Positions 1 to 11,543 of a DNA stretch of 21,753 nucleotides are shown in pieces; positions within the stretch are counted from its first letter, which is position 1, and each line of letters begins with the position of its first letter. The notes under the pieces are model-generated. The model did no database searches. It was not told the origin of the DNA and saw nothing but the letters and a program-made list of their open reading frames with translations. Source of the DNA: Chiloscyllium plagiosum (taxonomy: Eukaryota); the NCBI RefSeq assembly GCF_004010195.1, contig NC_057719.1, positions 44,124,475-44,146,227 on the forward strand, read 5' to 3'. Position numbers and translations under genes: made by a program.

Positions 1-370
1 GTCTTCACTAACCCTTTTCTCTTCACATACAGATAGAAGCTTTTGCAATCAGTTTGTGTATTTCCCACACTTTCATACTTTAATTGCCCCCTTTTAATCA
101 ATGCCATTGTCCTCCTCTGATGAAATTCAAACTGCTCGAATTCTCAGGTCTGCTGTTTTTGGACCAATTTGTATGCCCCTTCCTTGAATCTAATTCATTT
201 CCTATTTCCAATGTTACATTTTTTTTTCTTTTTGACTAAATTCACAACTTGAGGACTCTAGTCTTACAATCAACTACATTTCTCCGCACCTTTACGAAGA
301 ATTCTATCATATTATGGTCACTATTCCCCAAAAAGCCTTGTGCAGCTAGATTGCCAATTATTCCTTCAAT
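1..370 (-). mobile_element. CR1-type LINE ORF2 fragment (endonuclease end and linker), degenerate, internally deleted, runs off window start
   Basis: Minus strand reads GNSDHNMIEF (endonuclease SDH motif, ~300-330) and TDCKSFYLYVKRK-like linker text (~10-55), typical of CR1 ORF2. Confidence 0.8.
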
Positions 371-1285
371 TATTCTTGCAGTAATTGCAAAATTACTTTA
401 TTAAATTTAAATAATATTAAAAATCGAGCAAACACAAAAATAGAAAATGCCTTCTTATAAAAAAGTTGTTGTTATAGTACCCACGTGCAAACTTGAAAAA
501 TATCAAGGTGAGGACCCACAGTTGGAACTTATCATTGACCACTGACACCAGTAGTACACTCTGTTAATTGAGCAACTCTTTCCAAAAACTAGTACTGATA
601 AAATGAAGTGAATGGCTTCCTCTGTATTTTATCATCCTTTATCTATAAATGGGTCTAAATCAGTAAAATAGGATCACATATTAAAAGCAATTTGTCGACC
701 AAATGTTCATTTGCTATGATTCACAAGAGATTTTATTTACAATTAGAAACAGTTTGTGTGTACAATATTAAATTGCATGGCAAATATAATTGTCTTACTT
801 TATTTATGGATATAAGTATTACTAATTCACAAGTCAACAAGGCACTTCTGCACTTCAGAAATTAAAACAAGCTGTCACATACCATTCCCACAGAGAATTA
901 AGTTTAACAAAATTTTACGTTAAATAACCACAACCATTTCAAAACATTCACTGCATCTTGAGTCATTAATAATACTTTCATTAATCACTATGCAATTGTT
1001 GCAGATTACAATTTGGTTGCAACAAGGTAAGACTTCAAAGTTAGGATAACACCATGAAATGCAGCATCTACAGCTGAAAATATGTTCACTATCACTATTT
1101 AATAGAATGTCAATTACTTACACATGAAATGTCAGTTGCTTTTTACAGGTTGTTGTTATGACTAGAAAGGTTTGGTAATTTCCACAGTTGTTTGAAATTG
1201 CCAGAGTTTACACTGAGTGCTGTAGCAAATAATGTGGGATTTGGTCCTGATGTCAAGCATGCTGTGCAAACCATTCACTCCCTAA

Positions 1286-2100
1286 TGTGAGTGCAGTAGC
1301 TTGTATACCTTTTGGATAAGAGAGAATAAGCAGCCATGATGCAGATCAAGACATGCTGGTGAGAAAGGAAAGAGGAAGGGCTGATGAGTTTTAGCAAAGA
1401 GATATTTCCACTAGAGTGTTCAGGAAGCAGTCCTCCTTCCTGAACCTTAGCAACGCATCAAATGTGTCTGGTGTCTCTGATTCAAATGAGGTCAGCACAC
1501 TATAATCTTCCATCTCCTGCAGCTATAACCGCAGCTCAGAGCAGGGTGAGGATGACACTGCCAGTGATGTGAAGGAGACATTGGCTGTGAATGGTTATTT
1601 GGGTCCCTGTCCCAACATGACCAAGTGATACTTGCAACATCTCCCAGTTTGCGATAGGAGGTGTGGGGAATCTGTACATTCTAAGGGAATATGTTTCATT
1701 CTCTTTTGCCAGAGAGAAACAGGCAGAGCAAGCATGAAATTTTGTGAGGGTTGTAGGCTCCATATAGTGCAGGGTACCACTCACAATGGAGTCTTTGTTT
1801 TGCTGGTGCTGCAAACCAACTCTGAGATGTCCCCCCAATTGAAAAGGATTCCAATCTCGATATCCTACTGATGTGTTACCATACACAGAGTATTGTGAAT
1901 GTCAAGGTCCATTATCGTCCCAGTGTGATCCTTCTTGCCATCAGTACATTGAGCAGTGTACAAAGCTAATGGTACAAGTGATAGGATATATTATTTTTGG
2001 ATGCAATTGCTTGAGTAGCACTGCACCCAGGTCTTTGGGGCTAGACTTTTGGCATTGATCACTGCAGTTATCTGTTCCTCACAACCTTTATGGAGTTTGT
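1286..2100 (+). pseudogene. Degenerate PIF/Harbinger (HARBI1-like) DDE transposase relic
   Basis: Frame-shifted peptides in Harbinger order: RVFRKQSSFLNLS (~1413), DTCNISQFA (~1627), SFSFAREKQAEQA (~1696), IVQGTT (~1763, VQGAIDCTH-like), N*KGFQSLDILLMCYHTQSIVNV (~1837, NRKGFHSLNVQLVCD-like), IEQ (~1948), HNL (~2080). Many stops and indels. Confidence 0.72.
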
Positions 2101-2814
2101 CTGCAGGACTTCCTGTCGTTATGTGGATCAAGGACCTCTCTTCTCCTGCCCACCACCTCCACCAGGGGGTCCAGAGCAGAAGCAGTGAATCTTGAATCAA
2201 GCTTTTCACTCTACTGTGTCATAACTCAAAGTTCTACTTGCACTCACTCATTTCTGCAACTAGTTGCAGCACCTACTCCAGTACAGCAGAATGCACCCCT
2301 GTAAGAGGGGATAGCAGCTAACGTAGTGTCGTGCTGATATTATACAAAATCTATACCCCTGGCTGAGAGGTGAAGTCACTCAGCAGCACGTTTAACTTTG
2401 CACAGTTATTTTGCAAATTAGCTGCATCAGAAGCAAGCAGCATTCATCAGTTTTTCATTATTACACCCACACGCATTTTCAGGCCCATCCAATTTCAGGA
2501 TCAAGCTTTTTTTTGCACCAGTTCCAATTTATTCAGAGAACTCCATAAATAAAGCAATACTTTTAAAACTCTTTCTCATTTTAACATTCAAAAACGGTTG
2601 CAACATTAACATCAGTATTGATACAGTGTAATTTTTGAAAATTAATCAAACGTCAGTAAATTGAGAATTAATTTTTTTTTGCTAAAACTAAACTGTATGG
2701 ATGTGAACTTTGAGTTGATGCCTTTACAATACACCCCTGGTTACCTTTACAGAAAAAGGTAAAACTGCCACATTAGAAAGAAGAAAAACTTGTACTATTA
2801 TAACTAAAGAAAGA

Positions 2815-3210
2815 AACAGATACAGTAAGTGCTGGAAAAGCTCAGCAACTCTGACAGCATCTGTAGACAAAATAACAGAGTTAGTTTTGAACAATTCTGA
2901 TGAAGGATCACTTTACAGTCAGTTTGTCTATAATGCGATGGTTGCTTTCTTGTGCAACACCATGTTATAGGAAAATCACACTTTAGAAACAGCGCTTAAA
3001 GAGTAGACACTTTAATCACATTACAGCCAACACATATTTTAAAAGTTTGTGCCGTAGAAACAGCGTCTGCAATTTGTCAATTCTGCAATTATAGCAAATT
3101 TGCAATGACAAAGTGCGCTTTATGGCCTATACTCGAAACATTAACTCAAGCTATTCGCTTTACAGATGCTGCTGGACCTGCTGGGTTTCTCTGGTTTTGT
3201 GTTTCTACTG
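2815..3210. mobile_element. Penelope-derived palindromic repeat with hammerhead-like core, split by a MITE
   Basis: Left arm GCTGGAAAAGCTCAGCAACTCTGACAGCATCTGTAGA...CTGATGAAGGATCACTT; after the insertion it resumes CTCGAAACATTAACTC...ACAGATGCTGCTGGACCTGCTGGGTTTCTC, roughly complementary to the left arm. Confidence 0.75.
2916..3129. mobile_element. Tc1/mariner (Tigger/pogo-like) non-autonomous MITE
   Basis: Starts TA|CAGTCAGTTTGTCTATAATGCG and ends ...GCGCTTTATGGCCTA|TA (degraded right TIR). TA on both sides (2914-2915, 3130-3131); removing it rejoins the interrupted repeat. Confidence 0.65.
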
Positions 3211-3227
3211 CATTTTTCACAAACTCA

Positions 3228-3340
3228 GGACTACAGTGGCCAAGAAGGCAGTTCACCAACACCTTCTTGAGGGCAATCAGGGCTGAGCAACAAAAGCTGG
3301 CTTTGCCAATTACATTCACATCCCACAAAAGAATAAAGAA
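3228..3340 (+). mobile_element. 3' tail of an old CR1/L2-group LINE
   Basis: CAAGAAGGCAGTTCACCAACACCTTCTTGAGGGCAATCAGGG...CACATCCCACAAAAGAATAAA; same tail family as 3675-3918 (-), 19790-19870 and 20955-21023. Confidence 0.7.
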
Positions 3341-3672
3341 GGAATATCCTAAAGACTGTAAAGCCAACTAAGTACTTTTGAGTATAGTTACTGTTACAAT
3401 GTAATTTGTGGCAGCCAATTTGCACACAAACTGCCACAAATGGTGATGCTATCTTTATGTTTTTGTGATCTTTTGTAAGTGATAAGTATTGATAAGAAGA
3501 TCAAGAATAGCACCCCTACTCTTCAAAATCTTTCATCTGGATTCTAGTCAACATATTGGGTCTTGGTTTAATATCTTTTATGAAAGATAGAAACAGTAGC
3601 TTATGCCTAGTGCTGTATTAGAGTGTCAGCCAAGAATTTTGTGCTCAATTCACTGGAGTAGTTCTTGAACCA
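3341..3672 (-). mobile_element. Deu-domain SINE (SacSINE1/AmnSINE1-like), degenerate
   Basis: AAGTACTTTTGAGTATAGTTACTGTT...GCAGCCAATTTGCACACA...GAGTGTCAGCC...TTTTGTGCTCAA...CTTGAACC matches the reverse complement of the DeuSINE body, ending at a B-box-like GGTTCAAG. Family recognised from memory. Confidence 0.65.
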
Positions 3673-3674
3673 GC

Positions 3675-3918
3675 ATTTGTGGGATGTGGGCAATGCTGAC
3701 AGGCCAGCACTTACAGTCTGTCCCTAGTTGCCCTTGAGAAGGTGGTGGCGAGCTGCCTTTGTGGACTGCAGTAGTCCACCTGTTGTGGGTTAACCCACAG
3801 TACCATTAGAGAGGGAATTCCAGGATTTTGATGCAGCAACAGTGAAGGAACAGCAGTATATTTCCAAGTCAAAATGGTGATGGCTTGAAGGGGAACTCGA
3901 AGGTCATGGTGCTCCCAG
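3675..3918 (-). mobile_element. 3' end of old CR1/L2-group LINE
   Basis: GGGATGTGGGC...CCCTAGTTGCCCTTGAGAAGGTGGTGGCGAGCTGCC...GAATTCCAGGATTTTGA...TATATTTCCAAGTCA is the reverse complement of the family at 19545-19890. Confidence 0.75.
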
Positions 3919-5764
3919 TTAACTTAGTGATAAGTCTTTTGAGCCATAGTTAGTTATAACCGTTTATATCTGGTGGCAAAGATGACATCAATTTATGTAA
4001 ATCTTACTTTCACTGTGCATAAACTATTTTATATACAGTGAGAACAAGCAAATTGGATTTTGACCACTTTGAACACTACATAATAAAACTGGAAAGAAAT
4101 TTTAGTGAATCACAATTTTGAAAACCATTGCTGTTAAGCAATGACTAACTGAGGCCATTTTAAAGGTCTGTTATCCTTGGGCAGTCACAGTTTTTAAAAA
4201 ATGTGATTATCTTGACATCCATTATGATGCCAAACAAAGAAGCTTTGATTTAGTGTGCTTGTTCAATCCATCCGCAATTCTGCTACCAAAATGAATATGG
4301 CCCCCAATTCAGAAAGATTACCATTTGATGGGTTTAAATAAGGGAGGGTGGCAGCTTCCTTTAATTTGTTACAAAAAAATCTCTAGGCTCTGCATAATTT
4401 TGTTTTGATATACAATGTACATCCAAGGCTAGCATCTAGCATCAATTTACATTTATTATTCCATCTCTGCAGGAAAGTTGAATTTTGTCATTGATGTTTT
4501 CACCTACTAAACAGCAGGTAGTAACTACACCAGAGAGGTTGTCAGCAATCTTTTGTTGTCAGATGATGGCATTTTGTTTTTGACTAAAATGACGAGAAAA
4601 CTAGGTCTACTTCAAGGTTTTTTTTTCCTGTGAACAAAATGACACTTTACTTGCAATTAATTAAAAGAGGCATTTTGTCTTTCAGGTCAGACTATTTTAG
4701 TTCCTGAGTTCCCTTTAACCAGTATTAGATTTAAAAAAAAGAGGAAGAGCTACCCTATAGATATTTGTTTAGAACAGTTTGGAATGTCTAACAACTCTCT
4801 CGAATTGTAACTTCATGGGGCAACAATTCAAAGCTGTTATGTCTGCTGGATATTTCAAACAGCAGGCTACCATACATGATTTGATGACAAAAGACTGCAG
4901 GGTAAATTGACCAATTGGCAATATTTTCACAACAGAGGCAAAAGTGATCAATGTTGTAAGACTAGGCCCTGTACCCAAAGGGAGCTGAAAAAGGTTTAAT
5001 ATATGAATGGCCTTGGACAACTTGCTGATGTCTGGCACTTGCAAATGCTAAAGGTATACCAAATGAATGTCTCTTGCACTCCTGAGAAACTGGGCTATTC
5101 TGACTGCAGACCTTCTCCTCCCCTTCCATTATGTTAGAGCCACTACTAGCAAGGCAAGCAGCCCAAAGTTTATTATTTTAATTGGGAGAGTTACCAGGCC
5201 TCAGTAGCTCATCTAAGTTATTAAAATGAAATTTAAGTCCATCTTAGTTCAGTTTTAATTGGGTCTCCACCAGGGTACAGTACATGCTATCTGTGTGGAT
5301 CAGATTAAAGCAATTGAGCCAGCTCCAGTTTCCACAGGTCTATTATTCACCAACATAAGCAAACTGAATTGACAATCACTGGGAAATATTTTATGAAGCC
5401 ATTCTGCCAATATAATAACATCAAAGCTAGGCTCTCTGGTTAACAATGACTTAATACAGATAATAGCACTTGTCAACTGAGTACATTATATAATCTTTAT
5501 GTGCGTTGTGCCCTGATTTAACTGCTGCACACGTCCACATGTGGAGGTTCCCTCTCTCTGTCCCTGATTGGATTAGTAGAGCATATGATTCCTCCCTCAA
5601 AGATCTTCTCTTAAATGGGTCAACTACTATACACAGAACCTGGCCTAAACATCTAAACATAAAAGCTAGTTTCATTTTTTTTCTAGCCCTCCTTCCCTGA
5701 ACATGACAGCATGCTGAGGTATGATTTGTTGAATGCCAGTAGCTATCAAGCACCTTCTTCTGCA

Positions 5765-5982
5765 AGAGTGTGGGACTGGAAAAGCACAGCCGGTCAGTCA
5801 GCATTCAAGGAGCAGGAGAGTCGAGGTTTCAAGCATTAGCCCTTCAAAAGGAAGACCTCATTCCTGATGAAGAGCTTATGCTCAAAATGTCGATTTTCCT
5901 GCTCCTCAAATGCTGCCTGACCTGCTGTGCTTTTCAGTGCCACACTCTCGACTCTGATCTCCAGCAGTTCCACTTTCGCCTA
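5765..5982. mobile_element. Penelope-derived palindromic element (inverted pLTR pair) with decayed hammerhead core
   Basis: Arms ~5765-5853 and ~5861-5948 are reverse complements (GAAAAGCACAGC / GCTGTGCTTTTC; GGAGCAGG / CCTGCTCC). CTGATGA at 5864-5870 is followed by AGAGCTTATGCTCAAAATGTC. Confidence 0.8.
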
Positions 5983-6904
5983 TCTTTTTCTGCAAGCCAA
6001 CACTCTGAGGGTGATATTTAATGGCGGTCTTGTCTGTCACTGGTGAGTCAACAAAAGTCCATATCACTTCCTTTCAGAAATGTCTGCTGAATTGGGTTAA
6101 TCAGGCACTTAACTGGGCAGCTAGTGGTCTCTCTCAACATCAAGCATTCCAGGAGTGGGTGCAAGCCCCACCAACTAAAAGCAAAGACTAATCAAAGGCT
6201 GGCAGTTCATCACTGAGCAGTAGTAATGGTGGCGGCAGGGCAGGGGGGGTGGGTAACACTTGACAATGAACAAAGTAGAGCACCATTTTAAATTACACAA
6301 GATGAGAAGAACTAGTATGCATCATTGACAATTGTTACTATTTTATTCGTGCGATGCTATGCTCAAACAAGGTCCATGCTCCCTAAGGGATCCAGATATC
6401 ATCGAGTGATAGTAGGATAGGGTTTACAGGAAGGAGTAAGAAGGTGAACAGCAAATAAATGGGATTGGCTTTCAGCAGTTGCCTCAGTCCTGATGCCAAG
6501 CTGATGGGGACTACGAATCCTGGCTTTGCAAGGACAGTCATTGTTTTCCATTAAATTTCCCAGTGGACTTCAAAATAGTCGAACTGTCCAAATTTTCATC
6601 TTTATATCAAATATTAACTGGACATAGTGGGGAAAAGTCTTTCATCCTTTTTCCTGTAAATATAATCAGACAGAGCAAGCGTAATCATTGTGTCAGACTA
6701 AATGTTTATTTTCTACAAATTTAATTTAGACTGTAGTTAGTATTAAATTGAAGTTTACTGTGTTTGCAGTTGCCAACTTTAAGCAGGGCTTTAACAAATC
6801 TTGCAGTGAAAGATCAGATTAATTAAGAGTCAGTTCAAATCAGATCTTCATTAAGTGAGTCACACGGGCCTTTTGTCTGAAGTGCTGAATGGGATACTTT
6901 GGAT

Positions 6905-7010
6905 TTTTTTAACCAAACTGCTCAGAGATGCTACATCACATCTTTGGAGCAGGTGAGACGTCAATACGGACCTTCTCATTCAGAAGTCGGGACATACCAG
7001 AACTACAAAG
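6905..7010 (-). mobile_element. Possible degenerate tRNA-derived SINE head
   Basis: TGGAGCAGGTGAGACGTCAATACGGACCTTCTCATTCAGAAGTCGGGACA resembles a decayed reverse-complement tRNA-like head. Confidence 0.35.
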
Positions 7011-7060
7011 AATTGAAGTTTCAGTGGGCTCATGCTTAGGTGTACAGCCAGTGGGCTGGT

Positions 7061-7360
7061 TTAGATTAGATTACCTATAGTATAGAAACAGGTGCTTCAG
7101 CCCAACAAATTCACACCGACCCTCCAAAGAGTAACCCAGCCGGACCCATTCCCCTACCCTGTATTTATCCCTGACAAATGCACCGATCACTATGGGCAAT
7201 TTAGCATGGACAATTCACCTGGCTTACACATCTTTGGATTGTGGGAGGAAACCAGAGCACCCGGAGGAAACCCACACAGGCAGTCATCATGGCGGGAATC
7301 GAACCCGGGTCCCTGCTGCTGTGAGGCAGCGCTGCTAACCACTGAGCCACCGTGCCACCC
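7061..7360 (-). mobile_element. HE1-type V-SINE (tRNA head, V domain, CR1-like tail)
   Basis: Minus strand: A box TGGCTCAGTGG, B box GGTTCGATTCC, V-domain GTGGGTTTCCTCCGGGTGCTCTGGTTTCCTCCCA, tail ending (AATCT)n. Confidence 0.9.
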
Positions 7361-7504
7361 CATTGTTATTGTGCACTCACGGTTCCACTGGGTGCAGTCT
7401 ATTCCCACTTTGCCAGTTATTCATGTTCCCCATCTTCAATTCAGCAGGCCTGCTCTAAAATCCATGTATTCTACAGGCTTCCTTACTTGTTTCACTTAAT
7501 TTCT

Positions 7505-8018
7505 TTCATTGGTCAGGCCATTTTTATAATACTGCATTCAATTCCGGTTGCCCTTCTATAGGAAATATGTTGTTAAACTTGAGTGGATGCAGAAAACATT
7601 TACAAAGAAGTTGCTGGGACTGGAGGGTATGAGTTATAGGGAAATGCTGAAGAGGCTGGGGCTTTTTCCCCTACAGCATCAGAGGCTGAGGGGTGATTTT
7701 ATAAAGGTTTAGACAGGGTGAATAGTCAAGATTTTTTTTCCCAGTGTAGGGCAATCCAAAACTAAAGGGCATGATTTCAGGTGAGAGGGGCAACATTTTC
7801 ACACAGGGAGTGATGTGTGTATGAAACCAAGCTGCCAGGGGAAGTGGTGGAGGTGGGTACAACTACAACGTTTAAAAGGCATCTTGATGGGTATATGAAT
7901 AGGAAGGGCTTGGAGGGTTATGGGCCGGGTGCTGGCAGATGGAACTAGATTGGGTTGGGATATCTGGTCAGCATGGACGGGCTGGACTGAAGGGTCTGTT
8001 TCCATGCTGTACATCTCT
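7505..8018 (+). mobile_element. CR1 (HER1-like) LINE 3' fragment
   Basis: Homologous to 11890-12435, including the 3' UTR CTAGATTGGGTTGGGATATCTGGTC...GTTTCCATGCTGTA; has internal deletions. Confidence 0.9.
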
Positions 8019-9342
8019 GCTTGGGAGGATTTAAACTATGAAGGTGATGGGGAGGGGTCAGGAATCCAGGGAGATAGTGAAGAAAGAGATAAATCTAATA
8101 CTGGTATAGTTGAGAAAAGAAGCGAGTCAAACAGTCAGGACAGGCAGGAACAAAGCACAGTACAAAGTAGGACTGATAAATTAAACTGCATTTATTTCAA
8201 TGCAAGAGGTCTAACAGGGAAGGCAGATAAACTCAGGGCATGGTTAGGAACATGAGACTGGGATATCATAGCAATTACAGAAACATGGTTCAGGGATGCT
8301 CAGGACTGGCAGCTTCATGTTCCAGGACAGAACAAGAACAGAAAGGGAGGCAAGAGAGGAGGGGGAATGGTGTATTTGATAAAGGATAGCATTACAGCTG
8401 TACTGAGGGAGGATATTCCTGGAAATAATACAGGGAAGCTAGTTGGGTGGAACTGAGAAATAAGAAAGGCATGATCACCTTATTGGGATTGTATTATAGA
8501 CCCCCTAATAGTCAGTGGGAAATTGAGAAACAAATTTGTTAGGAGATCTCAGTTATCCCAAATAATAATAGGGTGGTTATGGTAGGGGATTTTAACTTTC
8601 CAAACATAGACTGGGACTGCCATAGTGTTAAGGGTTTAGATGAAGGGGAATTTGTTAAGTGTGTACAAGAAAATTTTCTGATTCAGTATGTGGATGTACC
8701 TACTAGAGAAGGTGCAAAACTTGACCTACTCTTGGGAAATAAGGCAAGGCAGGTGACTGAGGTGTCAGTGGGGGAGCACTTTGGGGCCAGCGACCATAAT
8801 TCTATTAGATTTAAAATATGATGGAAAAAGATAGACCAAATCGAAAAATTAAATTGGGGAAAGGCCAATTTTGACGGTATTAGGCAAAAACTTTCAAAAG
8901 CTGATTGAGGACAGATGTTTGCACGTAAAGGGATGGCTGGAAAATGGGAAGCCTTAAGAAATGAGATAACGAGAGTCCAGAGAAAGTTTATTCCTGTTGG
9001 GGTGAAAGGAAAGGCTGGTATGTATAGGGAATGCTGGATGACTACAGAAATTAAGAGTTTGGTTAAGAAAAAGAAGGAAGCATATGTCAGGTATCGACAG
9101 GATAGATCAAGTGAATCCTTCGAAGAGTAAAAATGCAGTAGGAGTATACTTAAGAGGGAAATCAGGAGGGCAAAAAGGGAACATGAGATGGCTTTGGCAA
9201 ATAGAGTTAAGGAGAACTCAAAGGATTTTTACAAATACATTAAGGACAAAACGGTAACTAGGAAGAGAATAGGGCCTCTCAAAGATCAGCAAGGCGGCCT
9301 TTGTGTGGAGCCGCACGAGATAGGGAAGATACTAAACGAGTA

Positions 9343-10110
9343 CAAATGAACATCGATTATCCAAATATCAATTATATGAATTTCGGATTATCCGAAGAAG
9401 ATCTCAAGGTCCCGAAAGAAACATTACATCAAAGAGGTGTTTCAATACTGATTGTGTCTTTTGTTTACAATGTTTAAAAATGAACCCGGCTTCCTGAAAT
9501 GCTGCCGAGAACAGTGCTGGACATCGATGGGAGCCCAGTTACCGTCTCCAAATGACTGACCTCCCACCCTCTCTCTCCACACACTTTCCCTGGAGTTCTA
9601 CACAGAGCTGTACCCTGAATATCCCCCTTCTCCAGATAATTTCTCTAACATTGTCCTGTACAGGGCAGAGGTTGAACTTATCAAAAAGTTGCAGTAAAAT
9701 GTTTTGTGTGTGTGGTTGCATGTGTGCGCTATTTTGAGATTCACCCCGCAAAGGCAGCAGCAGTCTTGCTGTTGGTTCCAGTCCAGCTGCCTGGGGGGGA
9801 TGGGGGGGTCACTGGGGCAGACGGGGTGCTCGCTGTGTCAATCTCATTGAACTGATGAGGGGAGGTGGGAGTGGGGGGGGCGGGGTTGGTGGTGGGAGGC
9901 TTCAGCAATGCTGCAGGTCCCTTACACATGAGTATGTGTGTGCTCAGAAACAAACCCTGAGACAAAGAGAGGGAGCAAGGCAGGCAGAGTGAGGAAAAAG
10001 GAAACTTCAGAAAACTCCCCAGAGGAGGTGTTGAATCGATTAACCAAATAATCAATTATCCGAACAAAATATTGCCCGCCTAGCTTGTTCAGATAATTGA
10101 GGTTCCTCTG
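9343..10110. mobile_element. Tc1/mariner (Tigger/pogo-like) non-autonomous DNA transposon, 768 bp
   Basis: TA TSD at 9341-9342 and 10111-10112. TIRs CAAATGAACATCGATTATCCAAA vs rc CAGAGGAACCTCAATTATCTGAA (17/23 match). Subterminal (G/A)ATTATCCGAA-like repeats. Excision restores CR1 codons L-N-E-Y-F-A-S-V. Confidence 0.9.
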
Positions 10111-10574
10111 TATTTTGCATCAGTGTTTACTGTGGAAAAGGACATGGAAGACATAGAATGAAGGGAAATAGATGATGACATCTTGAAAAATGTCCATGTT
10201 ACAGAGGAGGAAGTGCTGGATGTCTTGAAATGATTAAAAGTGGATAAATCCCCAGGACCTGATCAGGTGTATCCTAGAGCTCTGTGGGAAGCTAAGGAAG
10301 TGATTGCTGGGTCTCTTGCTGAGATATTTGTATCATCGGGAGTCATAGGTGAAGTGCCAGAAGACTAGAAGTTGGCTAATGTGGTGCTACTGTTTAAAAA
10401 GGGTGTAAGGACAAGCCAGGGAACTATAGACTGGTGGGCCTGACATTGGTGGTAGCCAAGTTGTTGGAGGAAATCCTGAGGAACAGGATGTACATGTATT
10501 TGGAAAGGCAAGGACTGATTAGGGATAGTCAACATGGCAATGTGCGTGGGAAATCATGTCTCACAAACTTGATT

Positions 10575-10898
10575 GGGCGGCACGGTGGCACAGTGGTTAG
10601 CACTGCTGCCACAGCGTCAGAGACCCGGGTTCAATTCCCGCCTCAGGCGACTGACTGTATGGAGTTTGCACGTTCTCACCGTGTCTGCGTGGGTTTCCTC
10701 CGGGTGCTCCGGTTTACTCCCACAGCCACAAAGATGTGCAGGGTCAGGTGAATTGGCCATGCTAAATTGCCCGTAGTGTTAGGTAAGGGGTAAATGTAGG
10801 GGTATGGGTGGGTTTCGCTTCGGCGGGTCGGTGTGGACTTGTTGGGCCGAAGGGCCTGTTTCCACACTGTAATCTAATCTAATCTAAAAAAAATCTAA
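10575..10898 (+). mobile_element. HE1-type V-SINE, young, inserted in CR1 RT
   Basis: GGGCGGCACGGTGGCACAGTGGTTAGC A box, GGTTCAATTCC B box, V domain, (AATCT)n tail; CpGs retained. Interrupts LTNLI|FEEVT. Confidence 0.93.
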
Positions 10899-11225
10899 TT
10901 TTTGAAGAAGTAACAAAGAGAATTGATGAGGACAGAGCAGTGGACTTGATCTATTTGGACCTCAGTAAGGTGTTCAACAAGGTTGCCCATGGGAGACGGG
11001 TTAGCAAGGTTAGATCTCATGGAATACAGGGAGAACTAGCTATTTGGATACAGAGTTGGCTCAAAGGTAGAAGACAGAGGCTGGTGGTGGAGGATTGTTT
11101 TTCAGACTGGAGGCCTGTGAGCAGTGGAGTGCCACAAGGCTCGGTGCTGGGTCCATTACTTTTCGTCATTTATACAAATGATTTTGATGTGAGCTTAAGA
11201 GGTATAGTTAGTAAGTTTGCAGATG

Positions 11226-11543
11226 TTTTGGGTGGCACAGTGGTTAGCACTGCTGCCTCACAGCGCCGGAGACTCGGGTTCAATTCCCGCCTCAGGCGAC
11301 TGACTGTGTGGAGTTTGCACGTTCTCCCCGTGTCTGCGTGGGTTTCCTCCGGGTGCTCCGGTTTCTTCCCACAGTCCAAAGATGTGCAGATCAGGTGAAT
11401 TGGCCATGCTAAATTGCACGTAGTGTTAGGTAAATGGTAAATGTAGGGGTATGGGTGGGTTGCGCTTCGGCGGGTCGGTGTGGACATATTGGGCCAAAGG
11501 GCCTGTTTCCACACTGTAATGTAATGTAATCTAATCTAATCTA
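11226..11543 (+). mobile_element. HE1-type V-SINE, young, inserted in the CR1 RT FADD motif
   Basis: Same subfamily as 10575-10898. ATG duplicated at 11223-11225 and 11544-11546; removal restores TTT GCA GAT GAC ACC AAA. Confidence 0.93.

Noticed and set aside
4769..5044. 91-aa minus-strand ORF in non-repeat sequence as a host exon
   Set aside because: No recognisable homology and no convincing splice sites.
6015..6565. Possible very old Harbinger-type non-autonomous element (also ~5100-5340)
   Set aside because: Only vague resemblance (e.g. AATCAAAGGCTGGCAG); TIRs and TSD could not be established.
7092..7499. 135-aa ORF and similar ORFs at 10573-10867 and 11170-11514
   Set aside because: Chance reading frames through HE1 SINE sequence.
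10575..10650. tRNA gene (A and B boxes)
   Set aside because: It continues into the V domain and LINE-like tail, so it is a SINE head, not a tRNA.
10940..11398. Longest ORF (152 aa) with RT motifs as a functional gene
   Set aside because: It is a fragment of disrupted CR1 ORF2 reading into a SINE; the catalytic FADD is broken.
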